Shown here in pieces: positions 48,401 through 57,026 of a stretch of DNA of 64,000 bases. The stretch's first letter is position 1, and every line of letters begins with the position of its first letter. The DNA is taken from assembly GCA_000092065.1 (NCBI GenBank), contig CP000588.1, one strand, 5' to 3'. The position numbers and the translations under genes were made by a program. The notes beneath the pieces were generated by a model. It searched no databases. It was given only the letters and a program-made list of their open reading frames with translations, and had not been told where the DNA came from. This stretch comes from Ostreococcus lucimarinus. Taxonomy: Eukaryota.

Positions 48401-49574
48401 GGGTGACATATGGGACGACATGCGAGGTGGTGTGCTCAGCAAACCGGGCGTCAATATCCACGAGGGTGACATACTTCTCTCGATCGATAGAGTACCGCTC
48501 ACCGAAGATGTTCCGCCGGCTGCGTTGTTGATTGAGAAGGGTGGCGTTGAAGTTCTGTTGACGGTCAAAATTGATAGCGACGGCAAAGGTGGTATTGACG
48601 AAGCGCTCGACAGACTCATGCTGAAAAAACAAAAGAACAAGAAAAAGGACAAGAGAGATGACAACGCACCGAAGAAAGGTGATGTCATCCCGGTGCGTGT
48701 CCGAGCCATGCACTCTGAAATCGATGCGAGGTATCGCGATATGATTCAGAAGCGCACGGAGCGAGTCCACAGCCTGAGCGATGGCGTCGTCGGCTACTTG
48801 CACATTCCAGACATGGAAAGCACAGGGTACTCCGAATTTTGGCGTCACTATGCGTCTGAAGTTCGCAAGGGAAGCTTGATTCTCGACTTGCGAGGTAACA
48901 CAGGCGGACACATTAGTGAATTGTTGCTCGCTAAGCTCTCGCAGCGCGCATTGGCTTGGGACATCCCGCGACGCGGCGAGGTGCAAGTTTATCCATCCAA
49001 CACGCCTGGCCCGCTCGTGATGCTGGTCGATCAACGCACAGGCTCTGATGCTGAGCTCATGGCGGAATCTTTCAGAAAACTAGGTTTAGGACGAGTCGTT
49101 GGGATGCGCACTTGGGGTGGTTTGCTCGCCATCAACGGCGTCGCCGAACTCATCGATGGGTCCGAGTTGAGTTTGCCTTCACAAAATGTGCTCCTTGTCG
49201 ACGAGGCGAAGGGCGTAGACGCGAGATCCGACGCGACACAAGCGTACACGAACGCGGTGGAAAACCGCGGCGTCATTCCGGACGTCACAGTTGACATATC
49301 TCCCGCTGAATATTCTCGCCGCGAGGACCCGCAGCTCGACACCGCCGTGCGCGAGGCGTTGCAGTTACTCAAAGACACCGGCGCCGCCGGCGTCGCGACC
49401 TACCTTCGCAAGATCCGCGAGGACGAGACAACGGCCGCTGAATTAGAACGCAAACTGACGCGCAAACCTTGGTCGTTTTCCACGTGGGCGCCGCTTCCGC
49501 CGACCAAGGAGGAAGAAGAGAAGCAACTTCGAGCCAAGCGCCGCGCCGGGCGAAATAATATCCCGCGCCCGTGA
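45468..49574 (+). CDS. tricorn-protease-like protein (beta-propellers + PDZ-like + S41-type C-terminal peptidase domain)
   Basis: N-terminus YYRFPVIRGNELFFVCEDDVYAT. Repeated propeller blades are present. The C-terminal part carries LDLRGNTGGHISELL and VDQRTGSDAELMAESF, with Ser at the S41 nucleophile position. A roughly 90-aa Asp/Ser-rich insert is present. The track start is TTG; the first ATG is 45468. Confidence 0.8.
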   Translation: MLVTDLAFARTSQTMHHNRHRARSGRSTRSTTTNRARTRTTVRSAARAHYQDGDAHAASQEGYYRFPVIRGNELFFVCEDDVYATTISGLDKRESGAETTPPRRLTQAHGAVQRLVVSPDGSRVAFACAEDGYTEIYVVDARGGPMKQLTHMGASYARACCFSEDGRRVYFTSSGATAEPNGDELWVVDCDGGAPMRMNLGPVHDFDVRNVNGKELVVLGRNTEDTATKHWDGYAGGAGGEIWYGTLDNLLRLDLRLPNERLLRNVGNVSWFDDEHVAFTEAGGRSTAFKAKIDTNEFNTRIVDCQGFSDSTADNEDIKYFPVRHLSIDVSRQRIVYTRGGDVFVAEVVGGEHKSPIRLPIEWRGPRTQLAKRFVHADDWIEDWDLHPEGLTMMVLVRGQPFTMGIWDGPVLSYPPATKLRSPQSSVIAPLASLAQKSQARVRHGAYLYDGERLVFVSDASGEEDIEVHWEEAERPAKRLGLHHELLGRVERLIPSPEAPLVAIVNHRNSLLIVNVETGEMRTADTSSEVDGIDDLTWSPCGNWLAYTYYLNNERSCIRILDVRNGKVFDATNPVLGDHSPAWDPDGKYLYFLGSRELEPVYDAATFGLNFPTVERPHLIILQKDLRNPLLKELRPPYDTESSSGSDYDSETDSDVGRKMDKRGNGRDYMPRKKPVVDKDDDGSDWSTVDGDSDDQILSSGDEDDDYESDASYYHEDAPPAIEIHIDGLTERVVALPMPISRYDCLCGLEDGRFMVVEYPPSRGSPGSVGLDYSSDEDDDGLGSLISYSIRDLRRSILIHGGVSEVSLSMDRKCMVVEKESDGFLELRVYKAGVRPEEEGSDSEELDQMRCDRRTGLVNLDGRIRVLVDPAREWAQMLGEVYRRLRDDLWTEKIWNETIGDDWEVMFEEYVKVLPKVSTRTEFGDLLREIAAGVCYSHVAITSGDPGRSHRRHSAGYLGADFTWDGKVGGYRILNIVKGDIWDDMRGGVLSKPGVNIHEGDILLSIDRVPLTEDVPPAALLIEKGGVEVLLTVKIDSDGKGGIDEALDRLMLKKQKNKKKDKRDDNAPKKGDVIPVRVRAMHSEIDARYRDMIQKRTERVHSLSDGVVGYLHIPDMESTGYSEFWRHYASEVRKGSLILDLRGNTGGHISELLLAKLSQRALAWDIPRRGEVQVYPSNTPGPLVMLVDQRTGSDAELMAESFRKLGLGRVVGMRTWGGLLAINGVAELIDGSELSLPSQNVLLVDEAKGVDARSDATQAYTNAVENRGVIPDVTVDISPAEYSRREDPQLDTAVREALQLLKDTGAAGVATYLRKIREDETTAAELERKLTRKPWSFSTWAPLPPTKEEEEKQLRAKRRAGRNNIPRP

Positions 49575-49720
49575 CACCCTTGTAAAAATCATCGCTCACG
49601 CGCGCGCGCGCACGATTTCATTCTATTTATTATTCGCATTAAAACACTCGCGCCCGCGACTCTCCGTCTCTCTCTAGCTCTGAACCCAATAATCCCGTCC
49701 CGCGTTTGTCCCGCGCGCAA

Positions 49721-50023
49721 TCAAATCGCCCCCCCGTCCTCCGCCAAGAACGGGTTCGCGATCTCCTCCATCGAGTCCAGCGCCGACACCACCATCACGC
49801 TCGTCCCTCTGCACACCAACAGCCCGAGCGCCCTGGTCTCGTCCGAGATCTTCAGCGCGTCCTCCGCGTCCCTGAGATGTTCGATCGCCTCGTCGAGGAC
49901 GAGATTCAGCAGCTGATCGTACCCTTTGAGCGTCCCCGTGACCTCGCGACCGCCGCTGAGCTTGACGCGCACGCCGCGATCGATGAACCGCGCGAGGTCC
50001 AGCACCGTCTCCTTCGGCGGCAT
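49721..50023 (-). CDS. LSM7: Sm-like protein LSm7
   Basis: KETVLDLARFIDRGVRVKLSGGREVTGTLKGYDQLLNLVLDEAIE...TRALGLLVCRGTSV matches LSm7 over the full 100 aa. ATG at 50023. Confidence 0.85.
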   Translation of the reverse strand: MPPKETVLDLARFIDRGVRVKLSGGREVTGTLKGYDQLLNLVLDEAIEHLRDAEDALKISDETRALGLLVCRGTSVMVVSALDSMEEIANPFLAEDGGAI

Positions 50024-50421
50024 CGCGACGCGTCGTCGAGTGCCGCGCCGCGCCCGCGCGGGCGTTCGGAAAAGGCGCGCCCGCGCGTCCGCCGACGGCA
50101 CACCGCGCCGGTCGACGGCGCGCGCGCATGTCCATCGCGTTTCGAGCGCGAACGTCGAGCGCGGTCGTCGGCGTCGCCTGCGCGCTGTGCGCGGCGTCGC
50201 ACGTGCGAGTCGTCGACGCGCGGACGGCGCGGGACGTGTTCGGGACGGCGCGAGACGCCTCGACGTCGAGCGAGACGCCGGGCGAGCGCGGGGAGGCGAT
50301 CCTCGGCCGGGCGGCGCGAAGGGAGATCGGGCGCGCGTGGAACGCGGCGATCGACGGCGCGTTCGGGGCGGGCGTGAGAGCGCTGAGCGAGCGAAAGTTG
50401 TGAGGGACGCGTTTTCGGACG

Positions 50422-51864
50422 ATGGCGCTCGCGGCGCGCGCGACGATCGGCGCGACGCGGTGGACGAACGAGCGGACGATGACGAGTCGCGGACGCGCGC
50501 GCGCGAGCGATCGTCGCGCGCGGGGCGCGGTGGTGGCTTCGGGGAAGATTGATTTCACGGACGCTGGGTGTTTCGAGCTGCCGTACGCGCCGGTGGCGGA
50601 GGCGTTGCTTCCGGAGGGGCCGTGGAAGGTTGTCGAAGGCGGCGTGTGCGCGGCGAAGGGATTTAAAGTCGCGGGATATAAGGCGGGATTGCGCGCCAAG
50701 GGCACGCGCGCCGACTGCGCGCTCATCGTCGCGGACGAAGACGCGACGTGCGCGGGGATTTTTACGACAAACATCATGTGCGCCGCGCCGGTGACGTACT
50801 GTAAGAAACAGTTGGCGGGGAAACCGACGGCGCGAGCGCTGTTGATCAACGCTGCACAAGCGAACGCCGCAACAGGTGATCAGGGCGCTGCGGACGCGCA
50901 AGCGACCGCGGAGGAGTTGTCGAAATCCCTCGGCGTCGCCGAGGAGGACATTTTACTCATGTCCACGGGCGTCATTGGCAAGCGAATTAAGCTGGACAAA
51001 CTCATGCCAGCGATTCCGATTTTGTCCGCGAACGTGGAAAGTAGTACTGCGGCGGCAAACGCGGCGGCGACCGCGATATGCACCACCGATCTCGTGCGAA
51101 AGACGGTCGCGATTGAAGTGCAAATTGGCGGTAAAACCGTTTGCATGGGCGGCATGGCCAAGGGGAGCGGGATGATTCATCCAAATATGGCGACCATGCT
51201 CGGCGTAGTGACGTGCGATGCGGACGTGACGCCCGAAGTTTGGCGTAACATCACCTCCCGCGCCGGGGCGGCGTCTTTCAATCAAATCTCCGTCGATGGC
51301 GATACGAGCACGAACGATTCTTTGGTGTGTTTCGCCAGTGGCAAAGCCGGCAACGCCAAAATCACGAGCGTCGATTCTGCCGAAGGCAAGCTTCTCGAAC
51401 AAGCACTCACCGCGGTCTGCCGCGGTCTCGCCAAAGCCATCGCTTGGGACGGTGAAGGTGCGACGTGTTTGATCGAGTGCAACGTCTCTGGAGCCGCAGA
51501 CGACGAAGACGCGCGCGTCATTGCGCGTTCCGTCGTCTGTTCCTCGCTCGCTAAGGCAGCCATCTTCGGACACGATCCAAACTGGGGGCGATTGGCTTGC
51601 GCTGCGGGGTACGCCGCGCCGGTGAAGAACAGATTCGATCAAAATGATCTCAAGCTCTCACTCGGCCCGCACCAGCTCATGGATAAAGGTCAACCGCTCG
51701 ATTTCGACGCCGTCGCCGCCAGCCGATACCTCAAGGAAGTCACCGGCGTTCACGGCACGTGCGTCGTCGACATCTCCGTCGGCAACGGATCTGGCCGAGG
51801 CCAAGCCTGGGGCTGCGACTTATCGTACGATTACGTCAAAATCAACGCCGAATACACGACGTAG
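50422..51864 (+). CDS. ARGJ: bifunctional glutamate N-acetyltransferase / amino-acid acetyltransferase (ArgJ), plastid-type
   Basis: GVCAAKGFKVAGYKAGL is present. The autoprocessing site is HPNMATMLGVVTCDA. The C-terminus reads LSYDYVKINAEYTT. The N-terminus looks like a transit peptide. Confidence 0.92.
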   Translation: MALAARATIGATRWTNERTMTSRGRARASDRRARGAVVASGKIDFTDAGCFELPYAPVAEALLPEGPWKVVEGGVCAAKGFKVAGYKAGLRAKGTRADCALIVADEDATCAGIFTTNIMCAAPVTYCKKQLAGKPTARALLINAAQANAATGDQGAADAQATAEELSKSLGVAEEDILLMSTGVIGKRIKLDKLMPAIPILSANVESSTAAANAAATAICTTDLVRKTVAIEVQIGGKTVCMGGMAKGSGMIHPNMATMLGVVTCDADVTPEVWRNITSRAGAASFNQISVDGDTSTNDSLVCFASGKAGNAKITSVDSAEGKLLEQALTAVCRGLAKAIAWDGEGATCLIECNVSGAADDEDARVIARSVVCSSLAKAAIFGHDPNWGRLACAAGYAAPVKNRFDQNDLKLSLGPHQLMDKGQPLDFDAVAASRYLKEVTGVHGTCVVDISVGNGSGRGQAWGCDLSYDYVKINAEYTT

Positions 51865-52007
51865 GTAGCATCGTTCGTTCACGACTCGCTCGTGACAGTT
51901 TTTAATCCAAAGCCGAAACGATTTTTGAGCTCGTCGCTCTCGCACTGCACGCGTCCGAGCCGCTCGCGACCGCACCATTACGCGTCGCGATCGCGTTCGC
52001 GCGCGCG

Positions 52008-53648
52008 ATGGCGCCTAGGCCGCGGGCGACGATCACTTTCTACAACGAGCGATGCCAAATCGCGTCCGCGAGCGACGTCGGCGACGCGTCGTCGTCTAAA
52101 CGTGGCGCTTCGCGCGGCGGCTCGCTCATCCCGCTGCCACTGCTCGAACGACGTCCGGGCGCTTCCAGAGCGACGCTGCGGTACGCATGCGTGGACGGCA
52201 AGCTGCGCGTGATGCGATTGAACGAGTACGACGACGCCGAACGCGGGAACGGAGGGCAAAGGATGGACAAGGCGCTGCGGGACGCCGCGCGACGGTGCGT
52301 CGAACGCGCGCAGCACGCGTTGCTTCCGGAACCGTCGAGCGTGACGAACGATTACTGGGAGTACGCCAAGTTTAGGTTCGCGCAACGCATCGCGTCAAGC
52401 TGTATTTCGGTGTTCGCGACGCAGCAAATGCTCACGGCGGTCGGATTGGGGGCGAGTCGCACGCTGCCGGCGGCGGCGGCGGTGAACTGGGTATTGAAGG
52501 ATGGTTTAGGACGTTTGGGGAAACTCTCGGTGGCGGCAAACTTTGGGAGAACGTTCGATAGTGACGTGAAACGGTTCCGATTCACATCGAGCGTCGTATA
52601 CGACGCGAGCTCGTTCATAGAGATTATCACTCCGTACTTTCCGCAGCACTTCTTACCCTTGGCGACGGTGGCAAACATTGGAAAGTCAGTCGGTATCACC
52701 ACGGCGAACGTCGTTCGCGCGCCCATACAGAGAACATTCATTCTGGAGGAAAACTTGGCCGAAGTCGCGGCGAAGACGAGCGCACAGCAAGTATTGGCGG
52801 ATAACATCGGCTTGGCTCTTGCTGTCGGCGCCGCCAAGGCGGTTTCCAAAGTCGCCACAGTGAGACCCGAGATTCGACGCGCGTTGCCCGTCTTCGCGTT
52901 CGGGCCTCTTGCCGCGCTCGACTTGATTTGCATCTACAAGGAACTCAAAGCGGTCCAGCTGCGAACCATCAATAAGGAGCGCGCTGAGATCATCGCCGAG
53001 GCTTTCGTGAAGGAACGCGAAATTCCGAGCAGAGCACACGTCGCTGACGCCGAAAGGTTATTTATACCGGCTCGCTTGGATAAATCCAACCTGCCATTAT
53101 CCGTAACTTCTATTGGCGAGGCGTGCCCCACGCCAAAGTCGCTCATCAACGCTCTGTCGAGTAAAAAAGGACGCGGCGCGGCGCGACCATACATCTTAGC
53201 GTATGAACCTGGTGCGTCAAAAAAGCGCGTCATCCTGAACGGGCGAAGGATCAGCGCTCCGAAGCAGCGAGCGAACGGAAGGCAAAAGAATGGAAGGAAG
53301 TTCAGATTCCCTTGGCACCGCAAGCGAACGGGTCTGAAAGGTCGTGCTTTACTCGCTTTGAGTGACAAAGCTTCAAGTAAGGATGTCTTGTGTGCAATTC
53401 TTCAGGTCGCGCACATGCGTTCGTTGCCTTATCGACCAGACTTGACCGCCGATGAGGCTTACGTGTGGGCTCTACAGGAATCCGAAACCTTAGCCAGGCG
53501 CGACATTGACGGATTCACCGCTGATTTGAGCAAACAAGGCTGGAATCACGAGCGCATACTTCTCAGTTCAGCCGAGCGTGCGCCGTACTCTGTCAACAAT
53601 GTGCCAGCGCTTCTCGACGCACTCCGCGCGAGCGAGCGCGATTCTTAG
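52008..53648 (+). CDS. RUS-family (DUF647, root UVB sensitive-like) protein
   Basis: DUF647 core: YWEYAKFRFAQRIASSCISVFATQQML...NWVLKDGLGRLGKL. ATG at 52008. Confidence 0.75.
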   Translation: MAPRPRATITFYNERCQIASASDVGDASSSKRGASRGGSLIPLPLLERRPGASRATLRYACVDGKLRVMRLNEYDDAERGNGGQRMDKALRDAARRCVERAQHALLPEPSSVTNDYWEYAKFRFAQRIASSCISVFATQQMLTAVGLGASRTLPAAAAVNWVLKDGLGRLGKLSVAANFGRTFDSDVKRFRFTSSVVYDASSFIEIITPYFPQHFLPLATVANIGKSVGITTANVVRAPIQRTFILEENLAEVAAKTSAQQVLADNIGLALAVGAAKAVSKVATVRPEIRRALPVFAFGPLAALDLICIYKELKAVQLRTINKERAEIIAEAFVKEREIPSRAHVADAERLFIPARLDKSNLPLSVTSIGEACPTPKSLINALSSKKGRGAARPYILAYEPGASKKRVILNGRRISAPKQRANGRQKNGRKFRFPWHRKRTGLKGRALLALSDKASSKDVLCAILQVAHMRSLPYRPDLTADEAYVWALQESETLARRDIDGFTADLSKQGWNHERILLSSAERAPYSVNNVPALLDALRASERDS

Positions 53649-53787
53649 CAATAGAGTTGTAGTAAACTTTTGAAACGATTCGAAACGCGTTGGATTCGAA
53701 GCGCAGTAACGTGCATCTACTTCGCTTCCTGTCCGCGAGTTTGCGTGTGGTTCGATTCGCGCCGTTCGCCTCGGCCGACACCAGACC

Positions 53788-54057
53788 ATGGCGCCAAATG
53801 ACGAAGCCGTGCGCGAGGCTGCGAAAGCCGAGTGTCTCGACGCCGCCTTCTGGGGTGGCGTGCGCGGTGCGACGTACGGTCTCGCCGCGTCTGTTCCGAC
53901 CGTATTCGCGTTGAACCATCAGTTTCTCACCATCCGTCGCTTGACGGTTTCGGCGAAGACGGCGCTCATCGTCAGCCCGTTCTTCCTCGGGTTCTTTTTG
54001 AACAGTGAGTTAGAGCTTCATAGATGCGTGTTGAAACAGCGCGGGATCGAGCACTGA
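53788..54057 (+). CDS. small (89 aa) two-helix membrane protein, family uncertain
   Basis: ATG-initiated ORF in an otherwise empty gap, with two hydrophobic segments (GATYGLAASVPTVFAL and TALIVSPFFLGFFL). I cannot make a confident family assignment. Confidence 0.45.
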   Translation: MAPNDEAVREAAKAECLDAAFWGGVRGATYGLAASVPTVFALNHQFLTIRRLTVSAKTALIVSPFFLGFFLNSELELHRCVLKQRGIEH

Positions 54058-54186
54058 TCTGTTCGGGGCTCGCTTGAAGGTGATGTCGCAGATGACGAGT
54101 GAGACGCCTGGGACGTCGAGCGTTGTAGAGTTTTATAGAGTGGGATATGACCTTAGAATGTGTAACAAAAACTACTAATTCGTGAT

Positions 54187-55497
54187 TTAATTCGGCACCA
54201 AGTCGAGACCAGGTCTAGCGCACCCGCCGAGGAACGGATCGTCGAACGTAAAGTCGAACGCCGGGTGGTGGAATCGAACGCCACCGAGTTTCGGGCTCGG
54301 TTCGATGTCGTCGAGAAGTACTTTTTGCTTGTTCGTTAATCTGAACGTGCGAGCCTTCAAACATTCCGCGAGTGCGACCGGTGAAGTGGCATTAATGATG
54401 CACGGCACACCGCGCTGAATGGACCAACGCGTGAGCAGAGCTTCGGCGCTCTGAGGGTTCTTGGCGTCGGCGCACGCTTCGACGAGCTTGGCGTGCTTGG
54501 TGAGTTGCTCGTCACCGTTTGCGAGCGAAGTATGGGCGACGACCGTGAGACCATATCGTCGACAGACGCCGACAAGCTTGCGCTGCGCCAAAAGTGGGTG
54601 TAACTCGACCTCATTGACCGCAGGTTTTACGGTACAGTGCTTCATCAAACGCTCCACCGCGGGCACCGAAAAGTTGGCGACGCCGAGCGCTTTCACTTTG
54701 CCAGCCGCCACGCAATTCTCCATCGCGGTCCACGTCGCTTCCAAACTTCCTTCGGAGTCCACTTCGGTGGTTCCAGCCTTGTGCTGCACCGGCCACTCGA
54801 TGGAGAACAAATCCAAATAATCCGTTCCCAACGCGGCGAGAATCGTCGCGAGCGCGCCTTCAACGTTAGCGTGCTCGTCGGGGCGCAACTTGGCACTGAC
54901 GAACACGCTCTCGCGCGCGCCGTGCGCAGCAATCGCCTTACCAGCTTCAGTGAGCGCCGCATCGTTCGAAGATCCGCATCGAACGTGCTTGACCCCATTC
55001 TCCAATCCAAATTTCGCCGCGCTCGAATCGCACCCCACCGTCGGCAGTCGTCCGCCGCCGACTACCGGCACATCCTTCGCCTCTTTCGCCGCATCGAACA
55101 CATCCTCCTCGGGTTCCTTGACGTAATACGGCGTTCCAGGCGCAGGCTTATTCGGATCACCTCTCGGCGCCGGTCCATCCCACACCGCCGTCGGGCGTCG
55201 CTGCGCGCCCCAGTTTTGCCCCGGCGGCGCCGACGCCCCTCCGCCTCGTCCCATCGCTTCCATCTGCGCTCGCGTCGGCGGATACGCCGGCAGCGTGGGA
55301 TTATATCCATTCACGTATCCGCTCACGCTGTACCCACCGTACGCGGGCGCTCGCGCGTTCGCGTTCGCGTCGTGTCCCGAGTTTGCGTTTCGGGACGATG
55401 GACAAAAAGCCCACGACTTTTGCGCGCTTCCCGCGCCGTGGCCGGCGAATTCCTTCTTCATGAACCGCTCCAGCGGTTGACATCCATCGCTCGCCAT
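54187..55497 (-). CDS. aldo-keto-reductase-fold protein with degenerate catalytic tetrad and Pro/Tyr/Gly-rich N-terminal extension
   Basis: AKR-collinear segments are GVKHVRCGSSNDAALTEAG, VFVSAKLR, YLDLFSIEWP, NEVELHP and LTRWSIQRGVPCI. The N-terminal roughly 140 aa are low complexity (YGGYSVSGYVNGYNPTLPAYPP...). Confidence 0.8.
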   Translation of the reverse strand: MASDGCQPLERFMKKEFAGHGAGSAQKSWAFCPSSRNANSGHDANANARAPAYGGYSVSGYVNGYNPTLPAYPPTRAQMEAMGRGGGASAPPGQNWGAQRRPTAVWDGPAPRGDPNKPAPGTPYYVKEPEEDVFDAAKEAKDVPVVGGGRLPTVGCDSSAAKFGLENGVKHVRCGSSNDAALTEAGKAIAAHGARESVFVSAKLRPDEHANVEGALATILAALGTDYLDLFSIEWPVQHKAGTTEVDSEGSLEATWTAMENCVAAGKVKALGVANFSVPAVERLMKHCTVKPAVNEVELHPLLAQRKLVGVCRRYGLTVVAHTSLANGDEQLTKHAKLVEACADAKNPQSAEALLTRWSIQRGVPCIINATSPVALAECLKARTFRLTNKQKVLLDDIEPSPKLGGVRFHHPAFDFTFDDPFLGGCARPGLDLVPN

Positions 55498-55710
55498 CGC
55501 GCGCGTCGTCGCTCGCGGTGTCGAGCGCGAGATTCGGCGAAAGTCGTCGAGTGACGCGCCGGTCGCGTCGTGACGTCGGGAGTGACGTCAGATTTAGAGA
55601 GGAGGCGGCGCGCGCGGTCCGACGAAGAGATCTCGCGCGATGCGCGCGAGCGACGGACGGTAAAGGATGCGAGTGATGGTGGATGATTAAAATCGTCACG
55701 GTTACGATGA

Positions 55711-56781
55711 CTAGTCCTCGATTTCGACGGTTTCGTCGTTGATTTGGTTGAGGTACAAATCGTAGTAGCGACCGGCGTTTTCTAAGTCGCCGAGCTCGGT
55801 GTAGAGATCCGCGATGGCGCCGAGGGCATCCATGTCCCCAGTGTTGTCGTCTAACTGCTGCGAAATGTTTAACACTTCCTTTAAGTCGGCGATGGCGCCG
55901 ACGCGGTCGCCGAGCTGACGCTTGGCGGCACCGAGACCTCGCGTAGCGCGGCGCACAGAGACCAAGTCACCGGTGACGCGCGCCAACATCAAAGACTTCT
56001 TAAATGCATTCAATGCGGCCGCGAATTCGTCGGCCCGCAAAAGCTTACGTCCCTCACGAAGAGCAAGCTTGAGCTCTTTCATGTCTTCCGACAGCGTGTC
56101 CCAGTCGTCTACGCTGGACATCGTGGCCGCGGCGGCTTTTGCCGCGCCCCCCCTGGCAGCTTCCAAAACCGACGCGTCGGTGCCCATGGAAGCTCTCGAC
56201 GTCGACATCAAACTCGCGTTAATCTTACGCAGCTTATCGTTCAACATCGTAATCTCCTCCTTCTTCTGATTCGCGGAAATCCCGCTCGCCACCGCACCCG
56301 CTAAAGCAACAAACTCTGTGATGCCGACGATGTCGATGCCAAACGGCGTCACGCACAGCGTCTTCCCCGCCAGCACTTGTTGTCTCGACTGCGCCTCACT
56401 CTCCTCCCGGAACTTGTTCAACTCTTCTTGCGCTTCACCTTCCTTCTCCCGTCTCAATTCCAACGCCTTCGCCTCCTCCGCTCGCAATTCACGATACAAC
56501 GCGTCGATGCGTTCGCGCGACTTCGCCTCCTCCTCCAGGCGTTTGGCCAAGAGTTCCTCCCCTGGTCCTTTCACCGCGCGCGCCGCGTCCGCGCCGAGCG
56601 TCATCGCCCCGAGCGTCACCGACGCGCTCAGGAGCGCCATCCGTCGTCCGCGTCGAGTTTCGTCGACGTTCGCGTCGTCTCTCGCCGTCGCCGTCGTCGT
56701 CGTCGTTTGGATCTTTTGCGTCTTTTGCGTCGTCGACGCGCGCACGACGGCGCTCAGCGACGCGCGCGAGGTGGCGAACAT
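55711..56781 (-). CDS. FLU: FLU-like (FLUORESCENT IN BLUE LIGHT / FLP) TPR protein, plastid
   Basis: The N-terminus looks like a transit peptide and is followed by a coiled coil. The TM segment is CVTPFGIDIVGITEFVALAGAVASGI. C-terminal TPR-like repeats include ALGAIADLYTELGDLENAGRYYDLY. Confidence 0.65.
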   Translation of the reverse strand: MFATSRASLSAVVRASTTQKTQKIQTTTTTATARDDANVDETRRGRRMALLSASVTLGAMTLGADAARAVKGPGEELLAKRLEEEAKSRERIDALYRELRAEEAKALELRREKEGEAQEELNKFREESEAQSRQQVLAGKTLCVTPFGIDIVGITEFVALAGAVASGISANQKKEEITMLNDKLRKINASLMSTSRASMGTDASVLEAARGGAAKAAAATMSSVDDWDTLSEDMKELKLALREGRKLLRADEFAAALNAFKKSLMLARVTGDLVSVRRATRGLGAAKRQLGDRVGAIADLKEVLNISQQLDDNTGDMDALGAIADLYTELGDLENAGRYYDLYLNQINDETVEIED

Positions 56782-57026
56782 GGCGATGCGCGCGCGTTAG
56801 TTGACGGACGTCGTCGTCGCGCGCGGCGGACGCGCGTGCGCTCTGAAGTCGCGCGCGTGCGCGATAAAGTGACGTACGCGGGCGGCGCCTTTGGATAAAG
56901 CTCGGCGCGCGCGGGACGGGACGACGGGACGGGTCGCGTTTGGTCGCTTGTGTTGTATTCATGAATTGGTGGGGAGCGCGCGAAGGCACACGCGCGATGC
57001 CGCGATTAAATGCTACCGGGCTCGGC

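Noticed and set aside
49674-50901. 391-aa and 331-aa minus-strand ORFs, and the + strand ORFs at 49706-50552
   Set aside because: These are Arg/Ala-rich translations of the GC-rich LSm7/ArgJ spacer and the ArgJ transit-peptide region. LSm7 (49721-50023) and ArgJ explain the locus.
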